From Chiloscyllium plagiosum (Eukaryota), in contig NC_057754.1 in the NCBI RefSeq assembly GCF_004010195.1, forward strand, positions 4,120,916-4,166,773: a DNA stretch of 45,858 nt, in the 5' to 3' direction. The position numbers and the translations under genes are program-made. Under the pieces are notes generated by a model. The model made no database searches. It worked only from the letters and a program-made list of their open reading frames with translations, and was not told the origin of the DNA. Of this stretch, positions 14,226-25,039 are shown one piece after another (within the stretch, counting starts at the first letter, position 1; every line of letters starts with the position of its first letter).

Positions 14226-14795
14226 ATTGGGACAGACAGTGCTAAGATAGTGCTGCACTGTCAGAGAATCAATGCTGAGGGATTGTTGCATTATGGTGCA
14301 GTTAATAGTATTGGGGGAAGGGGGTATTAGTTTGCTCAGTTGACTGGACAGCTAGTTTACAATGATACCAACAGGATGGTTTCAGTTTCCATACTGGCTG
14401 AGGTTACCATGAATGATTCTCCTTCTCAACCTCTCCCTTTGCCTGAGATGAGGTGATCCACAGGATAAAGCAATCACCAATCATCTCTCTCTCTCTAATA
14501 AGAGAGCAGCCCCAGGGTCTGGTAAGATTATGGTGACTTTACCTTTGTTACTGAGGAAGTGCTGCACAGTTGGAGGGGCAGAATTGAAGACACTATATTG
14601 TAAAGGGAAACAGTATTGAGGGAAGGCTGAAAGATTGGAGGGACAGTAAGTAAGCACAGTTTGAGAGCTCTGTACTATGGAACGCTACACTATCAGAGGG
14701 ACAATACTGATGGAGCACTGTACCGGCAGAGGAACAATATTGAGAAACCTTTGCCTTGTCAGAGGGATAGTACTGAAGGAGCACCACACTCTAGG
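14226..14795 (+). repeat. Older, degenerate continuation of the 33-bp array, interrupted by a SINE
   Basis: Recognisable units such as gtgctgcactgtcagag, actgaggaagtgctgcacagttggagg and cagagggatagtactgaaggagc. Confidence 0.75.
14322..14545 (+). mobile_element. tRNA-derived SINE of unassigned family; second copy at 41883-42095
   Basis: A-box-like gctcagttg head; shares the 3' end ggtctggtaagattatgg..actttacctt and a (CT)n tract with the 41.9-42.1 kb copy. Confidence 0.7.
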
Positions 14796-14799
14796 GAGC

Positions 14800-15391
14800 A
14801 GCTATACATAGAACAGTCGATCTTGCGTAATTACACCGGCACCACTGCCCACCTCTTCCTCCGCTACATTGATGACTGCATTGGCGCCACCTCATGCTCC
14901 CGCGAGGAGGTTGAGCAATTCATCAACTTCACCAACACATTCCACCCTGACCTTAAATTTACCTGGACCATCTCTGACACCTCCCTCCCCTTCCTGGACC
15001 TCTCCATCTCCTTTAATGACGACCGACTTGACACTGACATTTTCTACAAACCCACCGACCCACAGCTACCTGGATTACACCTCTTCCCACCATACCTCTT
15101 GCAAAAATGCCATCCCGTACTCCCAATTCCTCCGCCTCCGCCGTATCAACTCCCAGGAGGAGCGGTTCCACCATAGAACACACCAGATGGCCTCCTTCTC
15201 TAGAGACCGCAATTTCCCTTCCCACGTGGTTAAAGATGCCCCCCAACGCATCTCATCCACATCCCGCAATTCCGCCCTCAGACTCAACCCCTCCAACCGC
15301 AACAAGGACAGAACGCCCATGGTGCTCACCTTCCACCCTACCAACCTCCGCATAAACCAAATCATCCGCCGACATTTCAGCCACCTCCAAA
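14800..15391 (+). mobile_element. Penelope-like element (Neptune-type) reverse transcriptase fragment, 5'-truncated and frameshifted
   Basis: FLRYIDD catalytic motif, LPFLDL and FYKPTD; after a frameshift near 15059, HSYLDYTSSH..CKNAIPYSQFLRLRRI, typical of the PLE RT thumb. Confidence 0.9.
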
Positions 15392-16100
15392 NNNNNNNNN
15401 NNNNNNNNNNNNNNNNNNNNNNNNNNNNNNNNNNNNNNNNNNNNNNNNNNNNNNNNNNNNNNNNNNNNNNNNNNNNNNNNNNNNNNNNNNNNNNNNNNNN
15501 NNNNNNNNNNNNNNNNNNNNNNNNNNNNNNNNNNNNNNNNNNNNNNNNNNNNNNNNNNNNNNNNNNNNNNNNNNNNNNNNNNNNNNNNNNNNNNNNNNNN
15601 NNNNNNNNNNNNNNNNNNNNNNNNNNNNNNNNNNNNNNNNNNNNNNNNNNNNNNNNNNNNNNNNNNNNNNNNNNNNNNNNNNNNNNNNNNNNNNNNNNNN
15701 NNNNNNNNNNNNNNNNNNNNNNNNNNNNNNNNNNNNNNNNNNNNNNNNNNNNNNNNNNNNNNNNNNNNNNNNNNNNNNNNNNNNNNNNNNNNNNNNNNNN
15801 NNNNNNNNNNNNNNNNNNNNNNNNNNNNNNNNNNNNNNNNNNNNNNNNNNNNNNNNNNNNNNNNNNNNNNNNNNNNNNNNNNNNNNNNNNNNNNNNNNNN
15901 NNNNNNNNNNNNNNNNNNNNNNNNNNNNNNNNNNNNNNNNNNNNNNNNNNNNNNNNNNNNNNNNNNNNNNNNNNNNNNNNNNNNNNNNNNNNNNNNNNNN
16001 NNNNNNNNNNNNNNNNNNNNNNNNNNNNNNNNNNNNNNNNNNNNNNNNNNNNNNNNNNNNNNNNNNNNNNNNNNNNNNNNNNNNNNNNNNNNNNNNNNNN
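15392..16100. other. Assembly gap (709 N) inside the Penelope-like element
   Basis: Run of N. Confidence 1.
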
Positions 16101-16205
16101 CGAAACGTCAATTTTACTGCTCCTTGGATGCTGGCTGAACTGCTGTGCTCTTCCAGCACCACTAATCCAAAATCTGGTTTCCAGCATCTGCAGTCATTGT
16201 TTTTA
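16101..16205 (+). mobile_element. 3' terminal repeat of the Penelope-like element, starting at CGAAACGTC (3' half of a hammerhead core)
   Basis: Follows the RT and gap on the same strand; closely matches the arms of the inverted element at 40347-40519 (tgctgtgctcttccagcaccac; ggtttccagcatctgcagtcattgttttta). Confidence 0.75.
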
Positions 16206-16206
16206 T

Positions 16207-16600
16207 CTATACTGGAAGTGCTGCATGTCAGAACCCAGTACTGAGGGAGCACTGCACTGTCGGAGGGTCAGTACTAAAGGAACATTGCAATGTAATGAGA
16301 GGTTGTACTAAGGGAGTGTTGCATTATCAAAAAGGGCAGTACTGAAGGAATGCAATACTGTCAGAATTCCATCTTTTAGATGAGATGTTAACTGAACCTC
16401 TGCCCGTCCCCTCAAAGTGTGTATTAAATATGCCATAGTATGATTTGGAAGAAGAGAAAGATAGTTCTCTTTAGTTTCCTGAGTTCATATTTATCCAAAT
16501 ATGAACTCAGGAAGAAACTCCTTATCTTCTTCCTGGAATCTTGCTGTAGACATAGTACCTGACATTTTGATGTGAAGCATGTTGAATGTTGTCTGCAAAA
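16207..16600 (+). mobile_element. Deu-domain SINE (SacSINE1-like) whose 5' part consists of degenerate 33-bp array units
   Basis: cagtactgagggagcactgcactgtcggagggtcagtact units run into ccatcttttagatgagatgttaa...gaagaagag...tatttatcc...tcttgctgt, colinear with the SINE copies at 27-29 kb. Confidence 0.7.
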
Positions 16601-16637
16601 GGTCGATTTTGTTTTAAAAATTGCATATCCTGCTAAG

Positions 16638-16670
16638 TGCAATTCCCTGTTCACCCCAGAAGGTGGCACT
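16638..16670 (+). promoter_or_regulatory. Candidate CTCF site (upstream module plus core)
   Basis: TGCAATTCC-N9-CCAGAAGGTGGCAC resembles the CTCF upstream module and CCASYAGRKGGCRS core at plausible spacing. Confidence 0.55.
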
Positions 16671-17211
16671 TGCAGCCAACCTCAGGAAAATCTAATGACA
16701 GTCCTTTCACCTGTTTTTAAAAAGACAAACTGGATTGTTTTTAAAAATAAAGTGAAACAGATCTTTCTTTTGCAGCCTTCTGAACCCCAGAACAAACTAA
16801 AGCACTTCACAGCCAATGAAGTACACTTAAAGTGTAGTCTCTATTGTAATGTAGGAAGAGAAAAATTATCCTGTTCTTCTTCCTGTGTGAGTCATGAGAT
16901 CCTTTAAATTAGCTGCAATTAAACAGCCTCAATTTAATAGCTCAATCTGAAACAAAGGATCCTCCAACAATGGAGCAGTGCCTCAGCACTGCACTACAGT
17001 TTGGATCATTTGAATCTCAGTCTGCACTTGTAAAACTGACAACACAGGGTTCAACATGAGACATGATTCCTCAATTGGACATGTTTAATGATAACCCTGA
17101 GTGTGTGAAGAATTAAACTGACAAACAGATTAGAATTGTCAGTTGGGCTCACAGTGTGATGCACTTGTGTGGATTGGAAGCTACATAAATGAATATGCAG
17201 GGCACTGTTTT

Positions 17212-17490
17212 ATTAGATTAGATTACTTACAGTGTGGAAAAGGCCCTTCGGCCCAACAAATCCACACTGACCCACCGAAGCGCAACCCACCCAGACCCAT
17301 TCCCCTATATTTACCCCTTCACCTAACACTATGGGCAATTTAGCACGGCCAATTCACCTAACCTGCACATTTTTGGATTGTGGGAGGAAACCCACGCAGA
17401 CACAGGGAGAATGTGCAAACTCCATACAGAGAGTCGCCTGAGGCGGGAATTGAACTCGGGTCTCTGGCGCTGTGAGGCAGCAGTGCTAAC
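17212..17490 (-). mobile_element. HE1-like V-SINE (shark)
   Basis: Reverse strand reads gttagcactgctgcctcacagcgccagagacccgagttcaattcc (tRNA head with B box), a central V-domain and a CR1-like tail ending in (ctaat)n. Confidence 0.88.
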
Positions 17491-17499
17491 TGTTCTTTG

Positions 17500-17845
17500 A
17501 AGACAGAAAGAACATGTCTATTGACTGTACCCACACTGTTTCAACTCAATAAAATCAGTGACAACCATTTGCTGGTTCATTTCTCAGGGCAGTGCCTTGA
17601 GCGATCTGCAGGTTTAAAATTAAATAAAAGCCTGGCAGTCATCTGTCAATCATCACTGATTGTTGCACGCTCCATAATATTTCCACCAACCAGAGTTCAC
17701 ACAGAAACCAATTGGCACTTTCTTCTCATGCAGAATAAATGTTGTTTCCCCTTGAATTGGTATTCTTGCTAATTGCCCTGATGTGTACAAAATGAAGAGC
17801 TTTAACAAAATGTATATTATTTTTCTGCAATACTCAAGTTCTGTG
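17500..17845 (+). repeat. Old interspersed repeat; its 3' part is homologous to both arms of the inverted repeat at 35022-35292
   Basis: ggtattcttgctaattgccctgatg...caatactcaagttctgt matches 35022-35100 (reverse) and 35210-35290 (forward); the 5' boundary is a guess. Confidence 0.6.
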
Positions 17846-18669
17846 CTACCAAATGATTATTTGTATTTGCCATTCTATATATAAATCCCACCCTTGAACC
17901 CCTTGATTAGATGTCAGCCCCATAATTCATATTTGGGTAGCTATTATTCATAAATAAACCACACAAATTGTCTCAATTAGATTCCAGCCTGTAACTCATT
18001 TTCCATTAACTGTTTTCTATGTATAAACTACCCAGAGTGTCTATTTTACTGTCTGTGCTTATTTAACTGAGCACTGCAAAGACAACCATAGTGACAATTT
18101 GCTTAAGGATCCTGTGTTAAGGAAGTTTAGAACTTGGAGATTTCTGTCACTGATAAGTTTCTAGCAAGCTTCCTTACTGGTTATTGGGAGGTATCTGTGT
18201 CTGGCAGTGAGCGCAACGTTCTTGACCTTTGACATATTCTTGAGCTGGTTGCAGCTCACTGTCGTGGGCTTACACAGGTGAGGTGGGGAAAGCATCTATC
18301 AAATCTGTGCCTCACTGAGAGATACCAAACCCCTAGCTTATTGTCTGCAGCAGCAGCCAACAAAGCAGCCTACCAAATCAGTGACAACCTACACAATTGG
18401 ACTTACAGCGCTTGATGTACTGATGCCAGGAAATTGTGGAACCTTTCTGTCACAACTGTGGTTGAGAGAAACCTCTAATGTTGCCCTCTATTGTCCTGAG
18501 TTAGAAAAGCCAGTTCCTGTTGGTCTGTCTACCCATTGGGATTCCTCAGGTAGGAATTGGCAGAGTCTAAATTCTGTTTCTCTCACTAGGACATTGTGGA
18601 AATAGGCTAAGGCCCTAAATCTGAGTTTCTTAAAACACCTTTTCAAATTTTGAACTATTATTTATATCG

Positions 18670-19040
18670 CAAGCTTCAGGTACAAATGTCCCAAGATGCA
18701 TCATAGGAGACATTACCAAAGAAAAGTTGACACTGTGTCACAGAAGGGGTGATTAGGACAGGTGACCAAACACTTAGTCAAAACAATAGGTTTAATGACA
18801 TGTCATCAAGAAAGGAAACAGACAGAGAAGGTTAGGAATGAAATTCCAGAGTTTAGGGCTGAGATAGCTAAAGGTACAGTCACCAAAGAGAAGTGGCAGA
18901 AGTCAGGGACATGCAAGAGGCTGCAATTGGAGGTATGTTGAGATTTCAGAAATCCAGATGACTGGGATAGGGAGGGCAAGACCATGGTGGGATTTGAGGA
19001 TGAGGGTGAGGTATTAAACTTCAGATATTGGCAGAGCAGG
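18670..19040 (-). mobile_element. Degenerate L2-like LINE 3' end
   Basis: Reverse strand resembles the L2 ORF2 end and 3'UTR (ctctggaatttc...aaacctattgttttgactaag); related to 41480-41705. Confidence 0.5.
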
Positions 19041-20409
19041 AACCAAGCAAGATAGGTCAATGGTCAAAAGGATCTGCTTTTATTATAAAACTAACTACAC
19101 ACAATTTAAATAAGCAATGGGCCAACTGAGAAAGAAAAGAATTCTGACTGTTCGTCAACTGAGTGGGGGAAAGAGATGAGACCATTACAAGTTTTTTTCA
19201 GCAGAGGATGAGGCCTAAGGGGCCAGGCATGCTGGTTTTGGTTAAATAATAGTCTTGAGTGATAGAATGTGAGTCTCCTCAGGTTTGCTGTTCAACATGC
19301 CTCCAATAAGGAACACTTCCTCAGTTTTCTGGTGATTCTTGTTAGGATATCATTCCTGACAGTCCTGACCTTTGGAGTATATGTGAACTTTTCAACCAGG
19401 GTAAACATCACAACCGAGCTCCAGCTTCTTGTCAAATAGACTTCCACAATAGGGGCTAGTGATATGGATTGAAATCGGATTGTCATTGATTCCACCACAT
19501 CTTCCCACCTTTGCCTCACCACAACTCATCCAAGGGTACTGAATCTTATTCTAACCTGCCCTTAGCAGCATTGGGATGAGAAGGAGGCCACTCAACACCT
19601 CAAACCTGTTCTACCAATAATTCTGATCACCGCTGAACAGTAACACTCAATTGCATTTTCTTGTCTTTGCACACAATTTCCTTTAAGTTTTTGCCCAACA
19701 AGAGAAATCTATCAAAATTAAACATTTCAACTGACCGCAGGAGATATGGTTCCAAGTTTCCTGCCCCACGTATGTTTAAAAAAACTGAATGACCTGGTTA
19801 TAATTTTAAAATTGCTTCCATTTGGTTCAGATTCCTCTGACCAGAAGAAATTGGTTGTCCGCATCTGCTATCTTGAATACTTGTAATGGTTTAAACACCT
19901 TGAACAGATCCCTCCACCTAGCCCCCCCGCCCCCATCACGCCGCACCCCCACTCCAAAAAAAATCTGCAGGACTCACTGGGAGGGAATAACAGCTTGACT
20001 TAAAATTGGCACTAACATTCAAACAAGTACATTGCCTCAGCGAGATGATGCTATGTGTTTTTATCCATTTGTCTGAAAATAAAACTCTAAATGTTCCTTG
20101 TCGTGAGTCTGTAGCCATTAGTTACTTGGCATGGTTACTGTCTCTGTCACTGAACTTCCTCACAGACAATTAAGCGAAACTGCCATCAGTACAAATTATA
20201 AAGTTTAACTCCATCTCCTGCCACAATTTCCCTCCCAGCCCCCATTTTAATTTTTTGTAGCTTTGCAAGCCAGGGTGAAAAGCATTTTGAATACTGCTCC
20301 CACCCTCCAACTTCCCAGCTGTATCAATGTACAGTCAGGTTCCTGATTAACTGTACTCAGCAGGCCATTCCATGTCTCCAAACTTGCCCTGAGCTATGCA
20401 AAACGCTTG

Positions 20410-20424
20410 CAGCTGTATGTTAAT
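20410..20424 (-). promoter_or_regulatory. Ascl1/Brn-type composite motif (octamer-1 nt-E-box) in a candidate INSM neural enhancer
   Basis: Reverse strand reads ATTAACAT-A-CAGCTG; ATGCAAAA at 20396-20403 and a second CAGCTG at 20316-20321; non-repeat context. Confidence 0.55.
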
Positions 20425-20679
20425 GAGAACAGACAGGACGCTACATGCACTGGGCAACTCGCAGGCAATCTAACATCACACATACCCTCTCTCTTTCACT
20501 ATCTTGTTTTTCACTGTTTCTTCCTTTCTTTATTCTACTCTTTTTCATCCTGCTGTTATTCAATTTCTTATTCATTTTTACAGTTTCTGCATTGCTTCTA
20601 CTTCCACTTTACCTTACTCTCTAACTTTTCTTTCACTCTTTCCATTATTTCAACACCATCTCTCCTTCGCCTGGCTCTC

Positions 20680-20945
20680 TTTTTAAGATGGAGATGAGGA
20701 GACTTTTTTTCTCTGTCTGAGGGTTGTCAGTCTGTGGAACTCTGTTCCCTGGCAAACAGCGGAGGCTGAATCATTGAATTTATTCAAGACAGAGTCAGAC
20801 AGATTTTTTGATGGACAAGAAAGTCAAAGGTTATGGATGACAGACCAAAAAGGAGTTAAGACCATAATCAGATCATGCTGAATGATGCAGCAGGTTCAAA
20901 GGAACAAATGGCCTACTCCTGATTTTAAGTTCTGTATTCATATGT
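20680..20945 (+). mobile_element. CR1 LINE 3' end
   Basis: gagatgaggagacttttttt...gtctgtggaactctg...ttcaagacagag...aaatggcctactcctg tail. Confidence 0.8.
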
Positions 20946-21274
20946 TCACTCACTGTACATCTCTCCCTCAGCTCTCTTCAATCCCTCTCTCCGCAGCCCA
21001 ATATGGATTCACATGATTGCATCAAAAGCAGAGGCTGAAATTAGTACAGATCCACCCTTAGGTTGTAGACTGATCAACATCCTACCACTCCTTATCCTAA
21101 GCAGTGAAACCTTTAATAAATCCCTTTAATAATTGTCACCCAATGTTGGTAATTAATGTCATTAGGTGGAGCGGGGAGGTGGTTAGGGGTCTCAGAAGAT
21201 TGTTTTGTGGGAGAGTCATGTAAAAAGGGGAAGGGGAATTGATTAAAAATCTCCATCAATAAAAGGATTTCAAA

Positions 21275-21740
21275 CTCCTTCTCCTCCCCTCCCTTCCCCC
21301 CTCTCAGCTCCCCACTCCCCTCTCTTCCTCCCATCACGTCTCCTCTTCCCTCTGTTCCCCATTCTCCTATTACCTCTTTTCTCCCCTTCATCTCCTCCCC
21401 TACATTCCATTCTTCTTTCACCTCTATCCTCTCCCCTCCATTTGCCTCCACTCTCCCCTCATGTCACTTTTCACCTCACCTCCTTTCCCCCTCACCACTC
21501 AACCCTCAAATTGTCCCTCCTCTTTACCTCTCCATTCCTTGCCCCACTTTTCCCTTACCTCTCCTCCTTTCCCCTAACCATTCTCCATCTCCTTTTCCCT
21601 CATCTCTCCACTTCCCTCAATTCTCCCATCTTTATCCCACTCTCCCTTTGTCTTGTCTCTTTTTTTCCAACTCTCTCTACATTCCCAGGCCACTCCTACT
21701 GCCCTCTCCCTCTACCAATCTTTCCTTTCTTCATCTACCT
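21275..21740. repeat. Polypyrimidine (C/T-rich) low-complexity tract
   Basis: Almost G-free plus strand. Confidence 0.9.
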
Positions 21741-21744
21741 ATCA

Positions 21745-23245
21745 GACTAAAAGACATAGGCCAAATGGCCTACTTTTGTTCCTATCAAATCAGCTCAGCT
21801 ATTTATTAAGATCATGGTTGGTCTTATCATTTTCAACTTCGTTTTCCTGCCTGTTCCCCATAACCCTTGACTCCCTTACTGATTAACAATTTAGCTCAAC
21901 TATGAACATTTCAAACAAACCACATCCTTCTAGAGTAATTAGTATTGGCCTGACCTACACAACTTCTCATAAGAAAATCCTTCAATACCTGAGATCAACT
22001 ACTGAATCTTCTCTGGACTCCCTCCAATGACCTTTCCTTAGGTAAGGGGACCAAAACTGTTCACAGTATCCCAGGTGTAGTCTAACTCATGCTTTGTCTA
22101 CATTTAGCAAAATTTCCCTTCTTATACAGCAGGTCTAGCAGCATCTGTGGAGACAAAGCTGAATATAAGTTTCAGGTCCAGTGACCCCTCTTTAGTTCTG
22201 AAATATTGATTCTGCTTTCTGTCCATAAATGCTGCCAGACCTGCTGAGTTCTATCCAGCAATTTCTATTTTTGGTTCTGATGTCCAGCATCTGCAGTTCT
22301 TTGTACTTTTCCCCCCTATTTTATACTCCATACCTTTTGAAATAAGGTTCAGCATTACAGTAGCCTTCAATATTACCTGCTCACTTGTACTGCATGCGAG
22401 CTTCTTTGTGATTCCTGAATGATGACCCCCAAATTCCTTTGGTTTGCAACTCTCTGCGGTCTTTCTCCACTTAAATAATATTCAACTCCTCTATTCTTCC
22501 TGCATAACCTCACATTTTTCCACACTATATTCCAGCTGCCAAATATTGCACACTAACTTAATCCATCTATATCCCTCTGTTCACTTTGTGGCATCCTCAC
22601 AAATTGCCCTCTCACCTATTTTGTTCATCCAAAAATGTGGCTACAGTACATTCACTTCTATCATCCAAGTCATTAATATATATTGTAAATGTGGCCCCAA
22701 CCCTGATTCCTATGGCATTCCACTGGATAAAGTTTGCCATCTTTCTTTAAAAGACATTTTCTTCTTTTTACCTGGAGGTGCTATTGCATTCAACTCAGCA
22801 ACTTTCCCACCATAAAATCACTGTGACTTATTTTGTTATTTTAACTACTAACCACCAGCAATAATCACCCATGTAGCCAATTAAATATTTAAAAGCAAAG
22901 CCTATTATGGGCAAAGTGAACCATCAAACGTGAGGGGTGGGTAGGGAGAAAGGGAAAGGAATAAACAAAAATGGGTTTGGAGGGGTAAATAATGTAGTGT
23001 ATCTCCTGCAGTTCCCACACCTTTCTAAAGGCATCGACACCACGTGCTCCCTCTCCAAAGACACCCAAACAGGAACATAACCATGGGAGGTTGCTATCTT
23101 GAAAACTTCCCCTCTCTTTAAACCAATTCTCTTGTTTTCTATTAGTTAGCCAATCCTTGATCCATGCTTTGTCTACCATCTCCCATCTCCAATAACATGG
23201 CTCCTAATTTATTAAATAATCTTATAAACTGTACCATATCAAAGG
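21745..23245 (-). mobile_element. Degenerate, interrupted CR1 LINE fragments (RT and 3' tail)
   Basis: Reverse strand gives CR1-like WIKDWLTNRKQ and GMP*ESGLGP segments and a 3' tail (ccccataacccttgactccc on +). Confidence 0.7.
22127..22305. mobile_element. Short inverted-repeat element related to Penelope termini, inserted in CR1
   Basis: Arms cagcaggtctagcagcatctgtgga / tccataaatgctgccagacctgctg; ends in ccagcatctgcagt; hammerhead-like core on - at 22169-22195. Confidence 0.65.
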
Positions 23246-24422
23246 CATTTATCAAGGATTTTATAGTACAGCATTTTGAAAGCAGTGGCAGAATCAGACA
23301 GAGTCAGCATAGATTCGTGAAAGGGAAATCATGCTTGACAAATCTGCTGGAATTCTATGAAGATGTAACCAATGGAGCTGACAATGGGGAGCCAGTTGAA
23401 GTGGTATGTTTGGACTTTCATAAAGCATTTGACAAAGCCATGCATAAGAGATTATTGTCAAGATTAAAATGCATGGAATTGGGGGATGTGTATTGAGATG
23501 GGTAGAAAACCGGGTGGCAGAGAGGAAACAAAGAGTAGGAATTAATGGGCTCTTTCAGTTTGGTAGGCAGTAATGAGTGGAGTACCACAGGGATCAGCAC
23601 TAGGATCCCAGCTGTTGACAATATATATTAATGATTTGGATGAGGGAACAAAATGTAACATCTCAAAGTTTACAAATGATACCAGGTGGGGTGGGAGGGT
23701 GAACTATGACAAGGATGCAGAGATGCTTCAGCATGATCTGGACAGATTGGGTGAGTGGGCAAATCAATGGCAGATACAGTATAATTTGGATAAATGTGAG
23801 ATTATTCACTTTGGAAGCAAAAACAAGAAGGCAGATTGCTACCTGAAGGGCTATAAATTGAGAGAGCGGACTGTGCAGCAGGACCTGGGTGACCTTGTGG
23901 ACTAGTTGCTGAAGGTAGGGATGCAGGTGCAGCAGGTGGTAAAGGAGGCAATGGTAGGTGAGCCTTCATTGCAAGAGGTTTCGAGTAAAGGAGCAGGGAT
24001 GTTACAGTTATACAGGGCGTTGTGAGGCTGCACCTAGAATATTGTGTGCAGTTTTGGTCTCATTTATAGAGGAAGGATGCTATTGCTCTTGAGGGAGTGC
24101 AGCGAAGGTTTACCAGGCTAATTCCAGGGAGGGCGGGACTGATGTATGAGGAGAGATTAACAAGGTTAGGATTGTTTCCACTAGAGTTCAAATGAGTGAG
24201 GGGGGCTCTCATAGAGACTTATAAAATTCTAACAGGACCAGACAGGATAGATTCAGGGAGGATGTTCCCAATGATGGGTGCATCCAGAACCAGGGGTCCC
24301 AGTCTGAGATTCCATTTAGGACAGAGATGAGGAGATATTTCTTCACTCGAAGAGTGGTGGGCCTGTGGAATTTATTGCCACAGGAAGTAGTTGATACCAA
24401 AACATTGAATGTATTCAAGAAG
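23246..24422 (+). mobile_element. CR1 LINE ORF2 RT domain, decayed
   Basis: SQHRFVKGKSCLTNLLEF, LDFHKAFDK, SGVPQGSALG, IYINDLD, KFTNDT (degenerate FADD); frameshifts and stops. Confidence 0.93.
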
Positions 24423-25037
24423 CAAAGAGGTTCTTCTGCAGCTGTACAGGGCCCTGGTGAGACCACAGATTTACAGCATCTGCACAGCTGGAGTACTGTG
24501 TGCAGTTCTGGTCTCCAAATTTGAGGAAAGATATTCTGGCTATTGAGGGAGTGCAGCGTAGGTTCACGAGGTCAATTCCTGGAATGGCTTACACTGAAAG
24601 ACTGAAGCGACTGGGCTTGTATACCCTTGAGTTTAGAAGACTGAGAGGGGATCTGATTGAGACATATAAGATTATTAAAGGATTGGACACTCTGGAGGCA
24701 GGAAACATGTTTCCGCTGATGGGTGAGTGCTGAACCAGAGGACACAGCTTAAAAATACGGGGTAGACCATTTAGGACAGAGGTGAGGAGAAACTTCTTCA
24801 CCCAGAGAGTGGGACCTGTGTGGAATGCTCTGCCCCAGAGGGCAGTGGAGGCCCAGTCTCTGGATTCATTTAAGAAAGAGTTGGACAGAGCTCTCAAGGA
24901 TTGTGGAATCAAGGGTTATGGAGATAAGGCAGGAACAGGATACTGATTAAGGATGATCAGCCATGATCATATTGAATGGTGGGTACAGGCCCGAAGGGCA
25001 GAATGGCCTACTCCTGCATCTATTGTCTATTGTCTAT
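24423..25037 (+). mobile_element. Second, better preserved CR1 3' end joined to the previous copy
   Basis: [23 protein letters not shown]...[13 protein letters not shown]; 3'UTR gaatggcctactcctg with a (ctattgt)n tail. Confidence 0.92.
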
Positions 25038-25039
25038 TA

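Noticed and set aside
14869..16311. 480-aa, 370-aa and 291-aa ORFs spanning the gap
   Set aside because: Artefacts of translating through N; only the PLE RT part is meaningful
18223..18235. DR1-like nuclear receptor site TGACCTTTGACAT
   Set aside because: Single motif with one mismatch and no supporting context
19283..19440. Possible exon (ctcctcag acceptor, hydrophobic reading frame)
   Set aside because: Weak polypyrimidine tract, no recognisable homology and no partner exons
23164..24733. Active LINE ORF2
   Set aside because: Catalytic FADD reads FTND; multiple stops and frameshifts; 5'-truncated
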